DNA of 60,302 nucleotides, filler included, from Catajapyx aquilonaris (lineage: Eukaryota): NCBI GenBank assembly GCA_000934665.2. It is 2 parts of 2 records of this genome, joined end to end, with 100 filler letters (N's around TTAATTAATTAA, not from the genome) between each part and the next. Parts side by side here need not be neighbours in the genome. Positions count along the whole stretch, not along the records: positions 1 to 29,956 come from JYFJ02004713.1; positions 30,057 to 60,302 come from KZ539200.1. The stretch is one strand, 5' to 3'. Position numbers and translations under genes: made by a program. Of this stretch, positions 25,701 through 37,000 are shown one piece after another. The notes beneath the pieces were generated by a model, which was not told the DNA's origin, searched no databases, and saw only the letters and a program-made list of their open reading frames with translations. How positions within the stretch are numbered: the stretch's first letter is position 1; each line of letters starts with the position of its first letter.

Positions 25701-27820
25701 GATGTGCCTAGTTTCAACCTGTTCCGACCGGTTCCGACTTGCTCGAATAACGTTACATAACATACTCTTGCGGATCGTCACCTTTCGCGTGATTGGATGC
25801 TTGTTATAAACTCTAGGTGTACATTGCGTGGGTGTATATGTCAACATGTCATTTCGGGATGTGTCGAACTGATAGTAGATGCGATCGTGGGGAGTTCTAT
25901 TCATTGAGTGGTGCTGAGTAGCTAGTTTAATAGAGCTGGAGAGATATGATCAGTACGTCCTTGCACCGTGCACCAGACCAAATTGGCTCAATCTCATGGT
26001 CACTCTTCTAAGTATAGACAATGAATTGGCAAAATTGAGATTGAGGGGGGGGGGGGGATGTAGAGTGGGCGGTGGCGTGATCAGTCGCACTAAATTCTTT
26101 CTTTCGTGTAGGTGGAGGGTAGCTGCCTGACCTACGACCCAGATGCCCACGTGGTGGTCTATTCCATCACTGACAAGGAGAGTTTTGAGCATGCCGAAGA
26201 GATTCTGTCTTACCTCTGGAAGGCGGACTGTATGGCCTACAGGGCGGTCATACTGGTGGGAAACAAGACGGATTTGGAGAGGTCAAGGGTCATCTCTACT
26301 GAGAGTAAGATTTCTATTTCTGGTCTCATTATTGTCTTGCATGTGGAAAGCGGAGTACTTTGCAAAAGATAAACCTACAGTGCGACTACATTAATAACCC
26401 TTTCACAGAAGTGTATTACACGCACTGCAGCTTATGTCTTTAATTTTGGAGGATTAAATCATCATAGTAATGTAACGTACAATAGGCATATACGCGTATA
26501 TGCGTTGTAACTATGCAGAGATGTAATGTGCCTCTTGGCAATCTTGCCACTGAGATTTGAATACTGTATTAGGACTACAGAGCCAACATAAACTATGGTA
26601 ATACTGCTGGTTCTTGCTGTGTAAGCACTTACTTGCGGGGTCCTGCAAACCTGGGCACAACCACTGTCGCGAAAGTGGTCATCTATGCAGTACCTGTACC
26701 TTTAACAAAAGCTTATGAGCTGAATAATTTAAAAGTGGAGCAATTCTAGAATTTCAGCAGAAGTACATGCGGAAGTTACCGCTGTAAGCATTCACAAAAG
26801 AAATTCTCAGCTCTAAACATGTCACATAAAAGTATATTTAATGGGTACAAAAATGATATCGCTCGGAAACTTGTAATTTCCGTCTTGATTTCTCATAAAG
26901 ATAACATTCGCCCACACTTCCTCTGCAGTTTTGGACTACATATAGCCAGTTTAGGTATAAGACTATCATAAGAAGAAAAAATAGATCAATATTTTGAAGG
27001 GGAAAACAGTATTTTTCACTGCCAATGGTTTCTAGCTGGGGGAATAAAATTTTCCACTTTTATAATATGACGGCAATAATAACTCATAATAGAATGATAC
27101 CCGTAATAATTTTTTGGGGAGTTTTAAAACGTACCTCGCGAATTTCACCCAAGTTCTTTAATTGCTTTCAGTTTGAATTGACGGTTACGAGCAGCATTGC
27201 TCTCGAATACCATAAATGTAAGCTGCATTGTATTATCAAGCAATTCCAGTGTCGACAACCCGAGAGACAACCCTAATTGCCATATTCCGTCAAGTGAGAA
27301 ATATCCAATAACGGCCTAGAGACCTGCTCGGTCGGAGAGTTCATTAGTATGATATATACGAGTATCAAAATTCAGTGTTGTGCTGCAGTGCACTTCAACA
27401 TGTCTTTAAGCTTTGATGGATATTTTGTGGTGCCCCATTAAAATATATGTAACGCCCTCTGATGTACAAGTGTGCAATAAGTTCATGGAATATGATTAGG
27501 ATATTATCCTCTAAAAAAAACTACTACAGAATCAAAATTGCATTTCAGATGGAAGGGGATTAGCCAGCAGCTATGACTGCAAGTTTATCGAAACCTCCGG
27601 AGGCATCAACCACAACGTTGACGAGCTGCTGGTAGGCATACTCGCTCAAATCAGGCTGAAAAAGAAAGTCGCCAAAGATCCCGAGCTGAGAAAAAAGACG
27701 AAAAAGAAGAAGAAGCAAAAGTTGGAGAAGACGGCCAGCCTCAGGGCACACAGGATCCTGGGGAAGCTGCTCAGAAAGAATTCCAAGTCAAAGTCCTGTG
27801 AGGATCTCCACGTTTTATAG
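2771..27820 (+). CDS. Rgk: RGK-family small GTPase (Rad/Gem/Rem-like), 7 coding exons: join(2771..3342,10709..10934,17140..17360,19217..19374,25297..25388,26112..26304,27549..27820), 577 aa
   Basis: Manually spliced exons give one open frame of 1734 nt, with GT-AG introns in phases 2,0,2,1,0,1. Motifs: G1 GASGVGKS, G4 NKTD, G5 ETSG, NHNVDELLVGILAQIRL, a polybasic tail and the RGK hallmark C-terminal C-7 motif SKSCEDLHVL*. Which paralogue it is cannot be determined. Confidence 0.93.
4306..4382. repeat. (ATT)n microsatellite, about 25 units
   Basis: Pure trinucleotide run. Confidence 0.97.
7574..7868 (+). mobile_element. Full-length tRNA-derived SINE in RGK intron 1
   Basis: Box A TGGCGCTGCGG (7586-7596), box B GGTTCGATCCC (7629-7639), A-rich tail (AAAAAAC)n, and a perfect 15-bp TSD AATCCTTTGGGCTTA at 7559-7573 and 7869-7883. 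Confidence 0.9.
8500..9250 (-). mobile_element. Possible decayed non-LTR retrotransposon ORF1 (L1/Tx1-like) remnant
   Basis: Broken minus-strand frames (EDIVTFLCEQINVEGHELASLY; KARIRHKLPSGV; EGLKTCG...LGHK) loosely recall ORF1 with a degenerate zinc knuckle; many stops and frameshifts. Confidence 0.22.
10625..10703. repeat. (TAA)n microsatellite, about 26 units, abutting the RGK exon 2 acceptor
   Basis: Pure run directly followed by TGCAG and the exon. Confidence 0.97.
10709..10934 (+). CDS. Rgk: RGK exon 2
   Basis: Acceptor TTGCAG|G; encodes YFSESYVLQRR...RQRTASMPAADQDDK (RxxSxP 14-3-3-type motif); donor AAG|GTCAGC, phase 0. Confidence 0.82.
17140..17360 (+). CDS. Rgk: RGK exon 3
   Basis: Pyrimidine tract plus CCAG acceptor; encodes NMEKRR...YYRVRSFSITAKGVVNWGDSLRSRR...ERFP; donor CAG|GTATGT, phase 2. 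Confidence 0.9.
19217..19374 (+). CDS. Rgk: RGK exon 4 (P-loop)
   Basis: Encodes FKVVILGASGVGKSSLTSQFMTSEYMCAYDSSL; acceptor TCCAG|C; donor G|GTAAGT, phase 1. Confidence 0.95.
19849..19879 (+). repeat. Interstitial (TTAGG)n array, about 6 units
   Basis: GG(TTAGG)5TTAG; TTAGG is the ancestral arthropod telomere motif. Confidence 0.9.
25297..25388 (+). CDS. Rgk: RGK exon 5 (switch I to G3 region; not in the ORF track)
   Basis: Branch-like TGACTAAT and TTTCAG acceptor; encodes DDETGKKTISVLLDDEETELEIIDHPASEMS; donor |GTAAGT, phase 0. Confidence 0.93.
26112..26304 (+). CDS. Rgk: RGK exon 6 (G4)
   Basis: Encodes VEGSCLTYDPDAHVVVYSITDKESF...AVILVGNKTDLERSRVISTE; acceptor TAG at 26109-26111; donor A|GTAAGA, phase 1. 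Confidence 0.95.
27549..27820 (+). CDS. Rgk: RGK exon 7 (G5, polybasic tail, C-7 motif, stop; not in the ORF track)
   Basis: TTTCAG acceptor; encodes GRGLASSYDCKFIETSGGINHNVDELLVGILAQIRLKKK...KSKSCEDLHVL, then TAG at 27818-27820. Confidence 0.95.
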
Positions 27821-29956
27821 TCGACCAAAATTGCACAACTCAAAGTACATATATATTTTTGAAGGAACCTAGTACAATACGACGGGGTTTCTTTTCCAAT
27901 GGTGCAGGTCGCTTCGCTAAAGTCTTAAGTGCGTTACAGTATCGGTGTCACTTCATATAAATAAGTGAGATGTTTCTTGGGAGACGTTGCTTGGCTTTTG
28001 AGGAAACAACTGCCTTCAGGGGTGGTGTCATGATAAGGCTGTAGCGATGCGACTCAGGCTCCACGTCAGATCGGCTGTCAAGTCAATTTCAGGCGGCAAT
28101 TCCTTGAAGGGACGGAAGTTTTGGTGTCAAGAAACTTGATCGGGGTTTGTTGAGATTTGAACTAATCAAGATCAGGGCACCATCAAAAATAAGATTGTGA
28201 TATTGCGCATCTCCCAGTGTATTAGCAATGACAGATTTTTTAAATGACATTTGGGTCTTACAGTGTGTTCCTAGTATCCGGGTCATTTTAAGTTATTGCA
28301 AATTTAGCCCGAAGTTATTATTTTGTGTAGCTTTTTTTTAGCCCCTATCGAGATGTCCAAATGTATAGCAGCTGCTATATTCGACCACAGTTAGGAATAG
28401 TTGGGCACCTCTATACTTGGAACACACTGTAGCAATAATTGTTCTGCCCTGAAATACGCCATTTTCGATCTTTTTTGACCAGACTCGATCATACCATTTT
28501 AGGCGGCGATTTAGGAAAACGATATGTAAGTTATTCATTTTTTTTTGTTAATACACCAGGTGTATCAGAATGATTGAAACTGGGCACAATATAGACAGAG
28601 CACAATGAAGTGCAGTATTAAAATTCACGTTGTTTTTCTGCCCAAGTTGGCGAATTACGAGGAAAAACAGGTCAGAGTTGATGACGATGTGAATAAAATT
28701 GACAGCATCCATAAAGGTAAAGGGCGAACCAAACCTATATAGTGCTCAGTCTGAAATCGGCCACAGTTCTTCGTCTCCCATCTTCGGATTGTCAACTTGG
28801 GCAGAGGAACACCCTGTATAATCACTCCATACATTATTTTTTGTCTATTTAGCAAATTAATGCCATGTTGGAGTACCAATTATGGAGCAATTTACTGCAC
28901 CTTGGCTGTGCCCTGAATTGCGCATTATAATGTAAGCAAGATTTTTCTACTTGTCGCGAATATGAGCGCGAGGTACGCGTCATGTGTGATAATACGCGCG
29001 ACTGAAATTGCTGCGATATTCCGCAACATTGAGTTTATTGCCTGCCCGGATCATTTTGTCATCCAGTGTACGTGCATGTAAGGTAGGCTACATTATTTTA
29101 TTTCACAGGTCATATTATGCCTGTTAGAGTTTTCCACATTTATTCACTTGTCTACGTAGACCACTACTTTACAATCATGTATGTGACCTGTTATTTCCGC
29201 TAATAATGCCAAATGTTCTTACTGACACCTTACTTTTGTCAGTTACTATCTTACCCAACATTAGCACCCCTTTTACATCGGAATAGACCCCATTTTTTAA
29301 ATATACAGGAAACATCAATGGCACATCCTAATTATTTCTTCAAAAACTTTTTGCAAGGCTGTGCTCGAGGCAAAATGCACTGCGACACAAGGACTACGTC
29401 AGGTCTCGCAAAGAAAATATTTTTAGAAGAAATTCCTATTCCTGTCTTTGCATAAAAAGGCGCCACGCACCTTCAGTAAACGCGCATTTCACTATAAAGA
29501 TGAGACTTTAAAATTAGAATGCGTGTTAAGTATTATTCTTATATTCCTGACCCTTCTGTTGTCAATCAAGTGAAAGTGAAAAGTATACGGTATATCCTTC
29601 CATTTTCCGCGCAGTAAAGTCGGCCGGGGTCATTTGTGGTCGAACAGGGAGAATTTAATTTTCTTGTTTTCAGCCACAATTCTGCAGGCCTACTGCTGTC
29701 TCCTGTCATTAGCACACATGTCATTTGGGACAGAAACAAAGCGAATTCCCAGATTTCCCGGGTCGCTCGCAAATAACGCCCAGCCACTAATTTCATGTGA
29801 CATGTCGATTATAGTCCTTGTACCGGAGTACAGAATGTGACATCAGGGGGTCAACAGTCACATGAGGCATACTGTACAGGTGCCCCCATTCAAACGCAGG
29901 AAGACTTTTACCGTATGTGCAAAACTTCGCATGAATATAAACAGACTGGCGCGAAT

Positions 29957-30056
29957 NNNNNNNNNNNNNNNNNNNNNNNNNNNNNNNNNNNNNNNNNNNN
30001 TTAATTAATTAANNNNNNNNNNNNNNNNNNNNNNNNNNNNNNNNNNNNNNNNNNNN
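29957..30056. other. Artificial 100-bp contig-joining spacer N44-TTAATTAATTAA-N44
   Basis: Symmetric N runs surround a 12-mer that puts stop codons in all six frames; total length is exactly 100 bp. Confidence 0.92.
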
Positions 30057-30973
30057 TTATTTTTCTGAATATCTGAATTTTGCGTTTTCCGCGCCGTCCT
30101 TATACTCTGGCTGTCTTGATTCTGATGCCCAGCAACCCATCTGAGCAGGTAGTGGGTTATTTGGTCATCATGGTGTTCCGGGTGTGGTCATCCATCAGGC
30201 CATTCTTCCATCCGATCTCCGAGTGGACATGACTCCCTCGGACGCTCATCGCCGGGCTTCTCTGGCTCGTCCCGGACTGCAACTTATGCACCAACAAAAA
30301 AAAAGAAAGAAAAAAGAAAAAAGAAAGGCCATAGGCCATGCATGGGTTAGACAGGAACTTTGCCTTGTGCACAGGTAGCACTAGTGAAGATGTAGGGGCT
30401 GAAAGCGAAGAAGAAGCTGTCATGCAAGAGTCATGTAAAAGCAGTAGCAAGAGAAAAGCAGCAGTCAACATGCCTGCAATAATGAAGTACACAATTAAAA
30501 TAATATGCTGCTATTATGCGTCGATTCTATCCTTGCCCCCAACACACTGTATATATGGCACATTTTTATTATCACCAATCAGAGCAAGAGCTCTAAAAAT
30601 ATCGTAACTGAAACAGGCACTCCAAGTGTAATACTGTATAATAGAATATGCAAGGAAGTAAAAGAAAGTTTCTAGAAAGTCTACAGAAGGTGTATAGGCA
30701 TTCAGTATAGTATTTTCATTATGATTGTGAAGAGTACCCACCATGTTCCTGTGTAGGAGGGAATACCTGAGCACCAGCAAGGTCACCCTGAACTGAAGGG
30801 CCAGCTTCTAATAACTCCGTCTGATAGATTACAATAGTGATTATTTGAGTACAATAAAGAGATNNNNNNNNNNNNNNNNNNNNNNNNNNNNNNNNNCTTC
30901 TTATTTTGAGCAGAGTTTGAAAAAAGATCTACCGACACCCAATTTCTACGTGGTGTAACGGATGTATAAATAA

Positions 30974-31216
30974 AAAGCAAGTTTAGCGACCTAATGTGCA
31001 ATATTGAAAAAGATATTAGACATTTCGTTGGCACTAGCAATAACTAACCTCCTGTTGTGCGATGACCAGTGGTTGCCGCGTGGATCCTGCCCATTTTGAT
31101 GAATGCCGACGACGAATGAACACTGTTGCCGTCAGGATCGAAGCATTCAGGAGGTACGGTACGGTGAACCCTGTGTTGGTTATCAATATTGAGAAGCACT
31201 TAATATGCCGCATTAG
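30974..31216 (-). repeat. Copy A of a degenerate triplicated module (internally deleted relative to copy B)
   Basis: Shares TGACCAGTGGTTGCC...CCTGCCCATTTTGATGAATGC...GCATTCAGGAGGTACGGTACGG with 31296-31402 and 33852-34068. Its 31165-31216 segment matches 31552-31610. Confidence 0.85.
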
Positions 31217-31295
31217 ATGCCTCTCAATACTGACGACCACCTGCAGGAGTTGACCTCTCCAGTCACCTGTCCCAGTACCACCATACCTGCTTCCA

Positions 31296-31610
31296 TTGTG
31301 CAATGACCAGTGGTTGCCACGTTGGTCCTGCCCATTTGGATGAATGCAGACGACGAATGAACACTGGTGTCAGATCCAAAGCATTCAGGAGGTACGGTAC
31401 GGCCACAACACTCGACACGAACAGTATGAGGAATGAACTAAAAGCATCAACTAAAGGCGATTGGAATTACCAATGCTAGAACATGGTAATTGACCATTCG
31501 CCTTGAGCGGATACTCTCATATTTCAGTGTAAGGAGGCACCATGATCAATATGAACCCTGCTGTGTTGGCCATCAGTACTGACATACACTTAATATCATC
31601 GCCACATTAG
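31296..31610 (-). repeat. Copy B of the degenerate triplicated module
   Basis: Direct repeat of copy A; also shares GGCCACAACACTCGACACGAACAG with copy C. Confidence 0.85.
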
Positions 31611-31705
31611 GGGTCGTGTAAATACCACGTGACCGATTTTAGGACACTTTTTGACCCCGCCCCCCGTGACTGACCGTGGTATCCATTGGAACCCCCCCCC
31701 CCCCT
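31610..31705 (+). mobile_element. Probable left end of a PIF/Harbinger-type MITE
   Basis: TTA|GGGGTCGTGTAAATACCACGTGACC...TTTTTGACCCC resembles common arthropod Harbinger-MITE termini, and similarity of repeat copy B to copy A ends here. No matching right end was found. Confidence 0.35.
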
Positions 31706-32055
31706 TTTTTTTTTGTAAATTTATCATAATGTAAATTTTATCAGGACAAACGCGATCGCAAATGATAGCTCCTCAACTAAACCGTTTAAGCACGTAAAAA
31801 ACATGTCTCCCTGTGTTTTAGGGGTCGCTGATTTCGAATTTTAGGTTATTTTGAACCTGGACCTACAGGGTGTACCAAAACACGGTCGAATTTAAGAGCT
31901 GGTAGGATTAATGGTATAAATGATTGCAAATTATGTTCTTAATTAATTACGAGGGTTACTAAAAGAATTAAATAATTGCTCTATTTACTCATGATTTTTA
32001 AATTTTTATTAAACAATTCTTTAAATCATTTTATCTTTTGCTATTCGTTTGTTAA

Positions 32056-32215
32056 CCCTGTAATGCCACTAATCTAAGTAATGCCCACTGGGTCATATCT
32101 GGCACACCATTTAGTGCAATTTTTGCAACTTTTGCAATTTTTATATTTTCTGTAAGTGTGCCAAATATATTGCACTAAATGGTGTGCCAGATATGACCCA
32201 AGGGGCATTACAGGG
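32056..32215. mobile_element. piggyBac-type MITE (160 bp)
   Basis: TTAA on both flanks (32052-32055, 32216-32219) and CCCT...AGGG termini. The 47-bp TIRs have 2 mismatches, and the left TIR is interrupted by an 18-bp insertion. Confidence 0.82.
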
Positions 32216-33302
32216 TTAAACCCTATCCTGCAAAAGTGGCTAATCAAGACTAAATCGTCAAATTGCTGTTATGGTGACCTTCAGGGTGTACTGTAACTGT
32301 GTCATAGTTACGGCGACCAAACCATAAAGGCTCTATGCCAATCTTATCATCCACAATTATACAATAGCTAATCAAAATCAAGACTTTACATTTACTGCCC
32401 TCGCGCAAGGAACGTCCAATCCAAAGAGCACGATTTAAGAGAATTTACGTTAGAGAAATTACTTTTAATATTTCAAAATGAACCGAACTCTGAGAAGCAA
32501 GTGGACAGTGCATACGCTATATATTAAAGTTATGAGCCCTACACTCAAAAAGCACTCACACGAGACGCACCAGCAGGTCCCGATTTTACTTTTACAAACG
32601 CACAGTCGGATATGGAAAAGAGGAAAGAGACAATAAACGCGCACAAAAAGGGTGTATGGAAGTTGCCTACGTGCAGAGGGAAACTACTATACCCTACTAT
32701 TGCAATATCATGTAACACCCGAATTAATTAGGGTTTAAAATGCCATGCAGGAGGCATTTATAATTTATACTAATGTATCAAAAATTAACATTTGCCACCC
32801 ACATGACAAATTGACGAATTCAACCTTTTCAAAAATTTTCAGGAATGCCAAAAGCAACCTGCAAACTGCTCTAGAAAAAATGAGAATGCCGTATAAAATG
32901 ATGCAAAATGGGGACAGTGCACAAAGCGTACGTCCCATGCTCAAGGGGCACGTGTTAAGCATGTATCAACGATATTATTGATGCGAATTCGCCCCTTTTG
33001 TCAGCTTTTGCTTGGACTAAGTGATTGTTGCAAAAATGACGTATATCGGTATATGGCGTGCACAAAAATGGAATTTTTCCAGGCCACCATGTTGCATGAG
33101 AATGACAGGTTTGGTAAGGAACATCAGTGAGCCAATAATCTTCGTGATGCTGATGCCCTTTTCATTTCCGGCTCTAACTCTGACGTCATTTGTCCCATGA
33201 CCACCCCGGTTTGTCAGAATGCGACGCAACACTTGACAATGCTGGCAGTGGCCATAACTCAATGTTGGAGAAAAATGCTTAATTTGCCTATTTGTCATAT
33301 AA

Positions 33303-33430
33303 GCGACGATATAATTATGTCCTAGGCTCTGTCCGTACGTCTGTCCGTACGTGGACAGTTATCAGGGCCTAAACAACAAGAGTATAGCGACAAAAGATTT
33401 TCGGATTCACATTCTGCGGACCCTATGTAG
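33303..33430 (+). mobile_element. Possible Helentron/DINE-like non-autonomous fragment
   Basis: Tandem TCTGTCCGTACG x2, reminiscent of the GTCC/GTCT microrepeat in DINE-1/HINE elements; boundaries unclear. Confidence 0.3.
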
Positions 33431-33851
33431 GTTTTGAATTTTCATCGCAATGAGAAAGAGACTCTACACAAATCACGCTCACGTGTGATTTGCCAATCTT
33501 GTTTAGAGTGCAAGCTTACTCGTTTGCACTTCTCAACTGTAGCCTTTCATTAAAAGCAACATATGTGACGAACTAGACTCACGCGGGGAGGGGGGGGGGG
33601 CTATTTCGTCAAAACAGCAAATAATTTGATATTTTATCGACCAACAATGAAGCCAGATATTTGTGAAAATAATTTTCAGAATTTGACAAAACCCTGGTAA
33701 TATCCATTCAAAAATATCGACGCCTAAATACACGAGATCATTACTCCATTACCTACATACATAATGTTAAAAAGTGACGAAATAGCTACAGTAGTTACGG
33801 ACTTAGGGCGGTTGTACGACAGCAACAAAAGAATGGCAGTCCAAAAGTTTC

Positions 33852-34068
33852 AAAGCAATTTTAGCGAACTAATGATTGTGCATTATTGAAAAAGATATTA
33901 GATATTTTGTTGGCACTGGCAATAACAAACCTTCTTGTGCGATGACCAGTGGGTTCCTCGTTGGTCCTGCCCATTTTGATGAATGCAGGCGACGAATGTA
34001 TACACTGATGCCGTAAGGTTCGAAGCATTCAGGGGGTGCGGTACGGCCACAACACTCGACACGAACAG
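33852..34068 (-). repeat. Copy C of the degenerate triplicated module
   Basis: Aligns by eye to 30974-31164 and 31296-31424. Confidence 0.85.
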
Positions 34069-37000
34069 CACAAGTCCGTCACTGACTTGTTAGGATCGCC
34101 CCGAGAAGACGCCCATAGCCTACTGACTTGTCTGGAGAACTGTGAGCGTCGCTTCCTGTTGCTTTTTCTGTCCACGTCGGGGTAATATGATTTTTGCGAA
34201 AAATAACTCATTCTCCATGGTGACTGAACAGGAAACCCGAATACGGATCGGCAATTTAGCATGCCTAAAAGGTCTTCCAAAACCAGAAGGATATAGAGTT
34301 GATATGCTCTTAGCTTCTGCTTTATTGCATTTACCGTGGGATTTCCTTTTGCGCGCCACACTATAAGAAGCAGCACTAAAAGAATCGTGTGGTGAAATAT
34401 GCCAGGCAGAACTGGAAATGCAATTAGGATTTCCGAAGGCAAGAAAATTTCGTATTAACTCACCCTGGGGCTATATTCATTCTGAGTGCTCTAGCAATTG
34501 TGTATATAGGTGAAAGGTGTTTGTCCCAGTAGCCTTCACCTTGCTGGAGAGGTGATTGTTGCACAGCACCACGATACTACTGTTGGAAACTTTTATTATT
34601 GACATCGACATTGATCGAGCTCTCACAGCTCTAACAAATCGAGGCGGACGCACCAAAATATACCGGTATACTATCCAATTACGGTAAATCCCGTCCGGAA
34701 AAATGTACCTCATACAATAATCATGACACTTTATTGCATACTGGTACTTTGAACAAAATATGTATTATATTGGTAACTCAGTGCCCAGCGCTTCCATCAC
34801 TCTTCTTTACCTGATCCACTCACCAACAAACACGGAATCCAGCCTGTACCCGACGTTATGAGATGTCCTTGTCACATTTAGGCTGGAAATGTGCGATCCA
34901 CACTGACAACATCAGGGTATAGTTGCAACGGAGTCACAAAATTAGCTCACAGTGCAGCGTGGCCTTTGAGATTGTGACAGAAATTCTGAGGTCAAAGCTC
35001 TGAGAAGTGATTCAAAGCTCGCAGAAGTTATTCCTTGCTACTCCTGTTTGAGGCAGCAATCCCCTTTTGATAGTTGGTGCGCATGAATGGATGCCATATG
35101 GTTCAAGGCTTGCTCATTCAGCAGTCATGGAACCCATACATGGGAGGCAGGAACTTGGCGTCAATTGGCGACGCACATTCAAATGTTATGATTATACCCA
35201 ACCTGATGGTACAAAATAATGAAGGTTGGAATTTGCATTGTGCTCGTTTATGCATCTGTTAAACAGTTAAGTTACGCGTGGTTTTTGTTGGCACCACAAT
35301 TATTTGATTGCGGCATCAAAAAAAAACAACGAAGTTTTCAGCACACACAATTTCAGCGAAACGATTTGCACATTTCACGGGTAATAAATTGTTTTTTGGT
35401 GCATTCTGTGGGAAAATATTGTGCTTGTGTCAAATTATTGTGTTTTGACAATATTATATGGAATTCGTTCAAAATAAATAAAAAGCAAAAATCCTCTGAA
35501 TTTGAAGTGAACATAATACATCCGCTGCGTATTATTCAAGAGAGATACTGTACTATAATTGAAAAGATATTTCATTGGAGGCAGTGTACGACTTATTTCG
35601 TCTGATTAAACTTCATGGATAGTAGCGTAACAATCTACCCAGTAATTACATGCTTCCAAAGGCTGTTGTATGAAAACTTGGTATTAATAGTATACACTAT
35701 GGACTGGTGTAATATATTGTATCACAATAGACGATTGGCACAATATTATCGCTGGTTCTTCCCCGTGCATTTCGTGTGAGTTAATATTAATTTTCATCGA
35801 TAGTACATTTTTGACTTGAAAAACACGATATTAATGTGCGAGCAGGAAAAGTAGACCCATTTCGTATCGAGCTGCAGATAATTTCGGAACTTAAAACCAG
35901 AAAAGTGCCCATTAACATAATTTCCATCCTCCCACTTTCTTCCAAGGCTCAATCAGCACTGTTCCCGGGTCAAAAGCTCCCTGTGGTGCGATTAATTTGT
36001 ATGGATAAAGGCTTAGAATCGCATCTGTGTGTAGTTAAAACATGACTATTCATCACCTGAGAAGTGGTAGGAAGGGAATTCAATAATGCTGAAATTTGCG
36101 CTGCCACTCGCTGGTCGTTTTACATAGGACGGTTTTGGCAGGACCAACCGGATCCATGGTATTTCTGGGGCGATTTGGATGGCGGGAATGTTTTCATTAA
36201 TTTGGTCCTGGAAAAGGAGAAAGAGAAAAACGCGAGGTAAGGCAGAAAAAAAAGAGAGTATAGGATGCTGTCAGGTCGAGGGCTCTCTTCTCCTCTCACT
36301 TTGGCCTCTGGGCTACTTCCTTTAATTGTCTTTCGTAGCGCAGAATTTCCACGATTTTTTCCCCCTCCTCTCGGACTATACTCTATACCCCCTCTGGCAA
36401 ACCACCATTTCTCATTTAGCGCCGTAATGGCCGAAGCTGCTTCCTATATTTTTGGCGTGGGAGAGATTTAGGACTGGAAAAGATATCAGCTGTCCGCCAG
36501 CAGGAAGTTCTCCTCTCCCCCCTTTTTTTTGTTGGCCCGGAATAAACGTTTTACGAGGAGTTAGTCAGTGTGGGCAGCTCAGATTTTGTGGTTGGAGAGG
36601 ACGTGTCAAATATTTATTTCCTGGAAATTGGCTATTTTATGCCCGTCAAGTCTTAACTGATGCCAGAGTTTATAGGTGTAAATTCCTGTTTGTTTGTCCC
36701 AGCGTATTTTCCAGCATCAGCTTCTCAATTGCTGGAAGAGTTTTGGACCCTGTTGTCAACACCCCTACCGCCTCCCCAATTACCCCACTGGCCCCTTCTC
36801 ATAGCCTCATTTAGGATCATTTGGGTGCTCGTTAGCTCTTCATGCATTAAAGAGCGCGCCGGAAATAATGACATAATTCGCATCTGTTACATCAACCAAC
36901 CGTGAGTGATGATCTGCTACGGTTACCCGCCCTGGTTCTGTTGCTTTCGACACAAGCTGGCTTCTGAGGGGAGACCCCCTACCGGATTTATTACCTTCTG

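Noticed and set aside
30974..34068. CRISPR-like or regularly spaced repeat array
   Set aside because: Only three long, diverged, irregularly spaced copies; no short repeat-spacer periodicity and no cas genes in this eukaryotic context.
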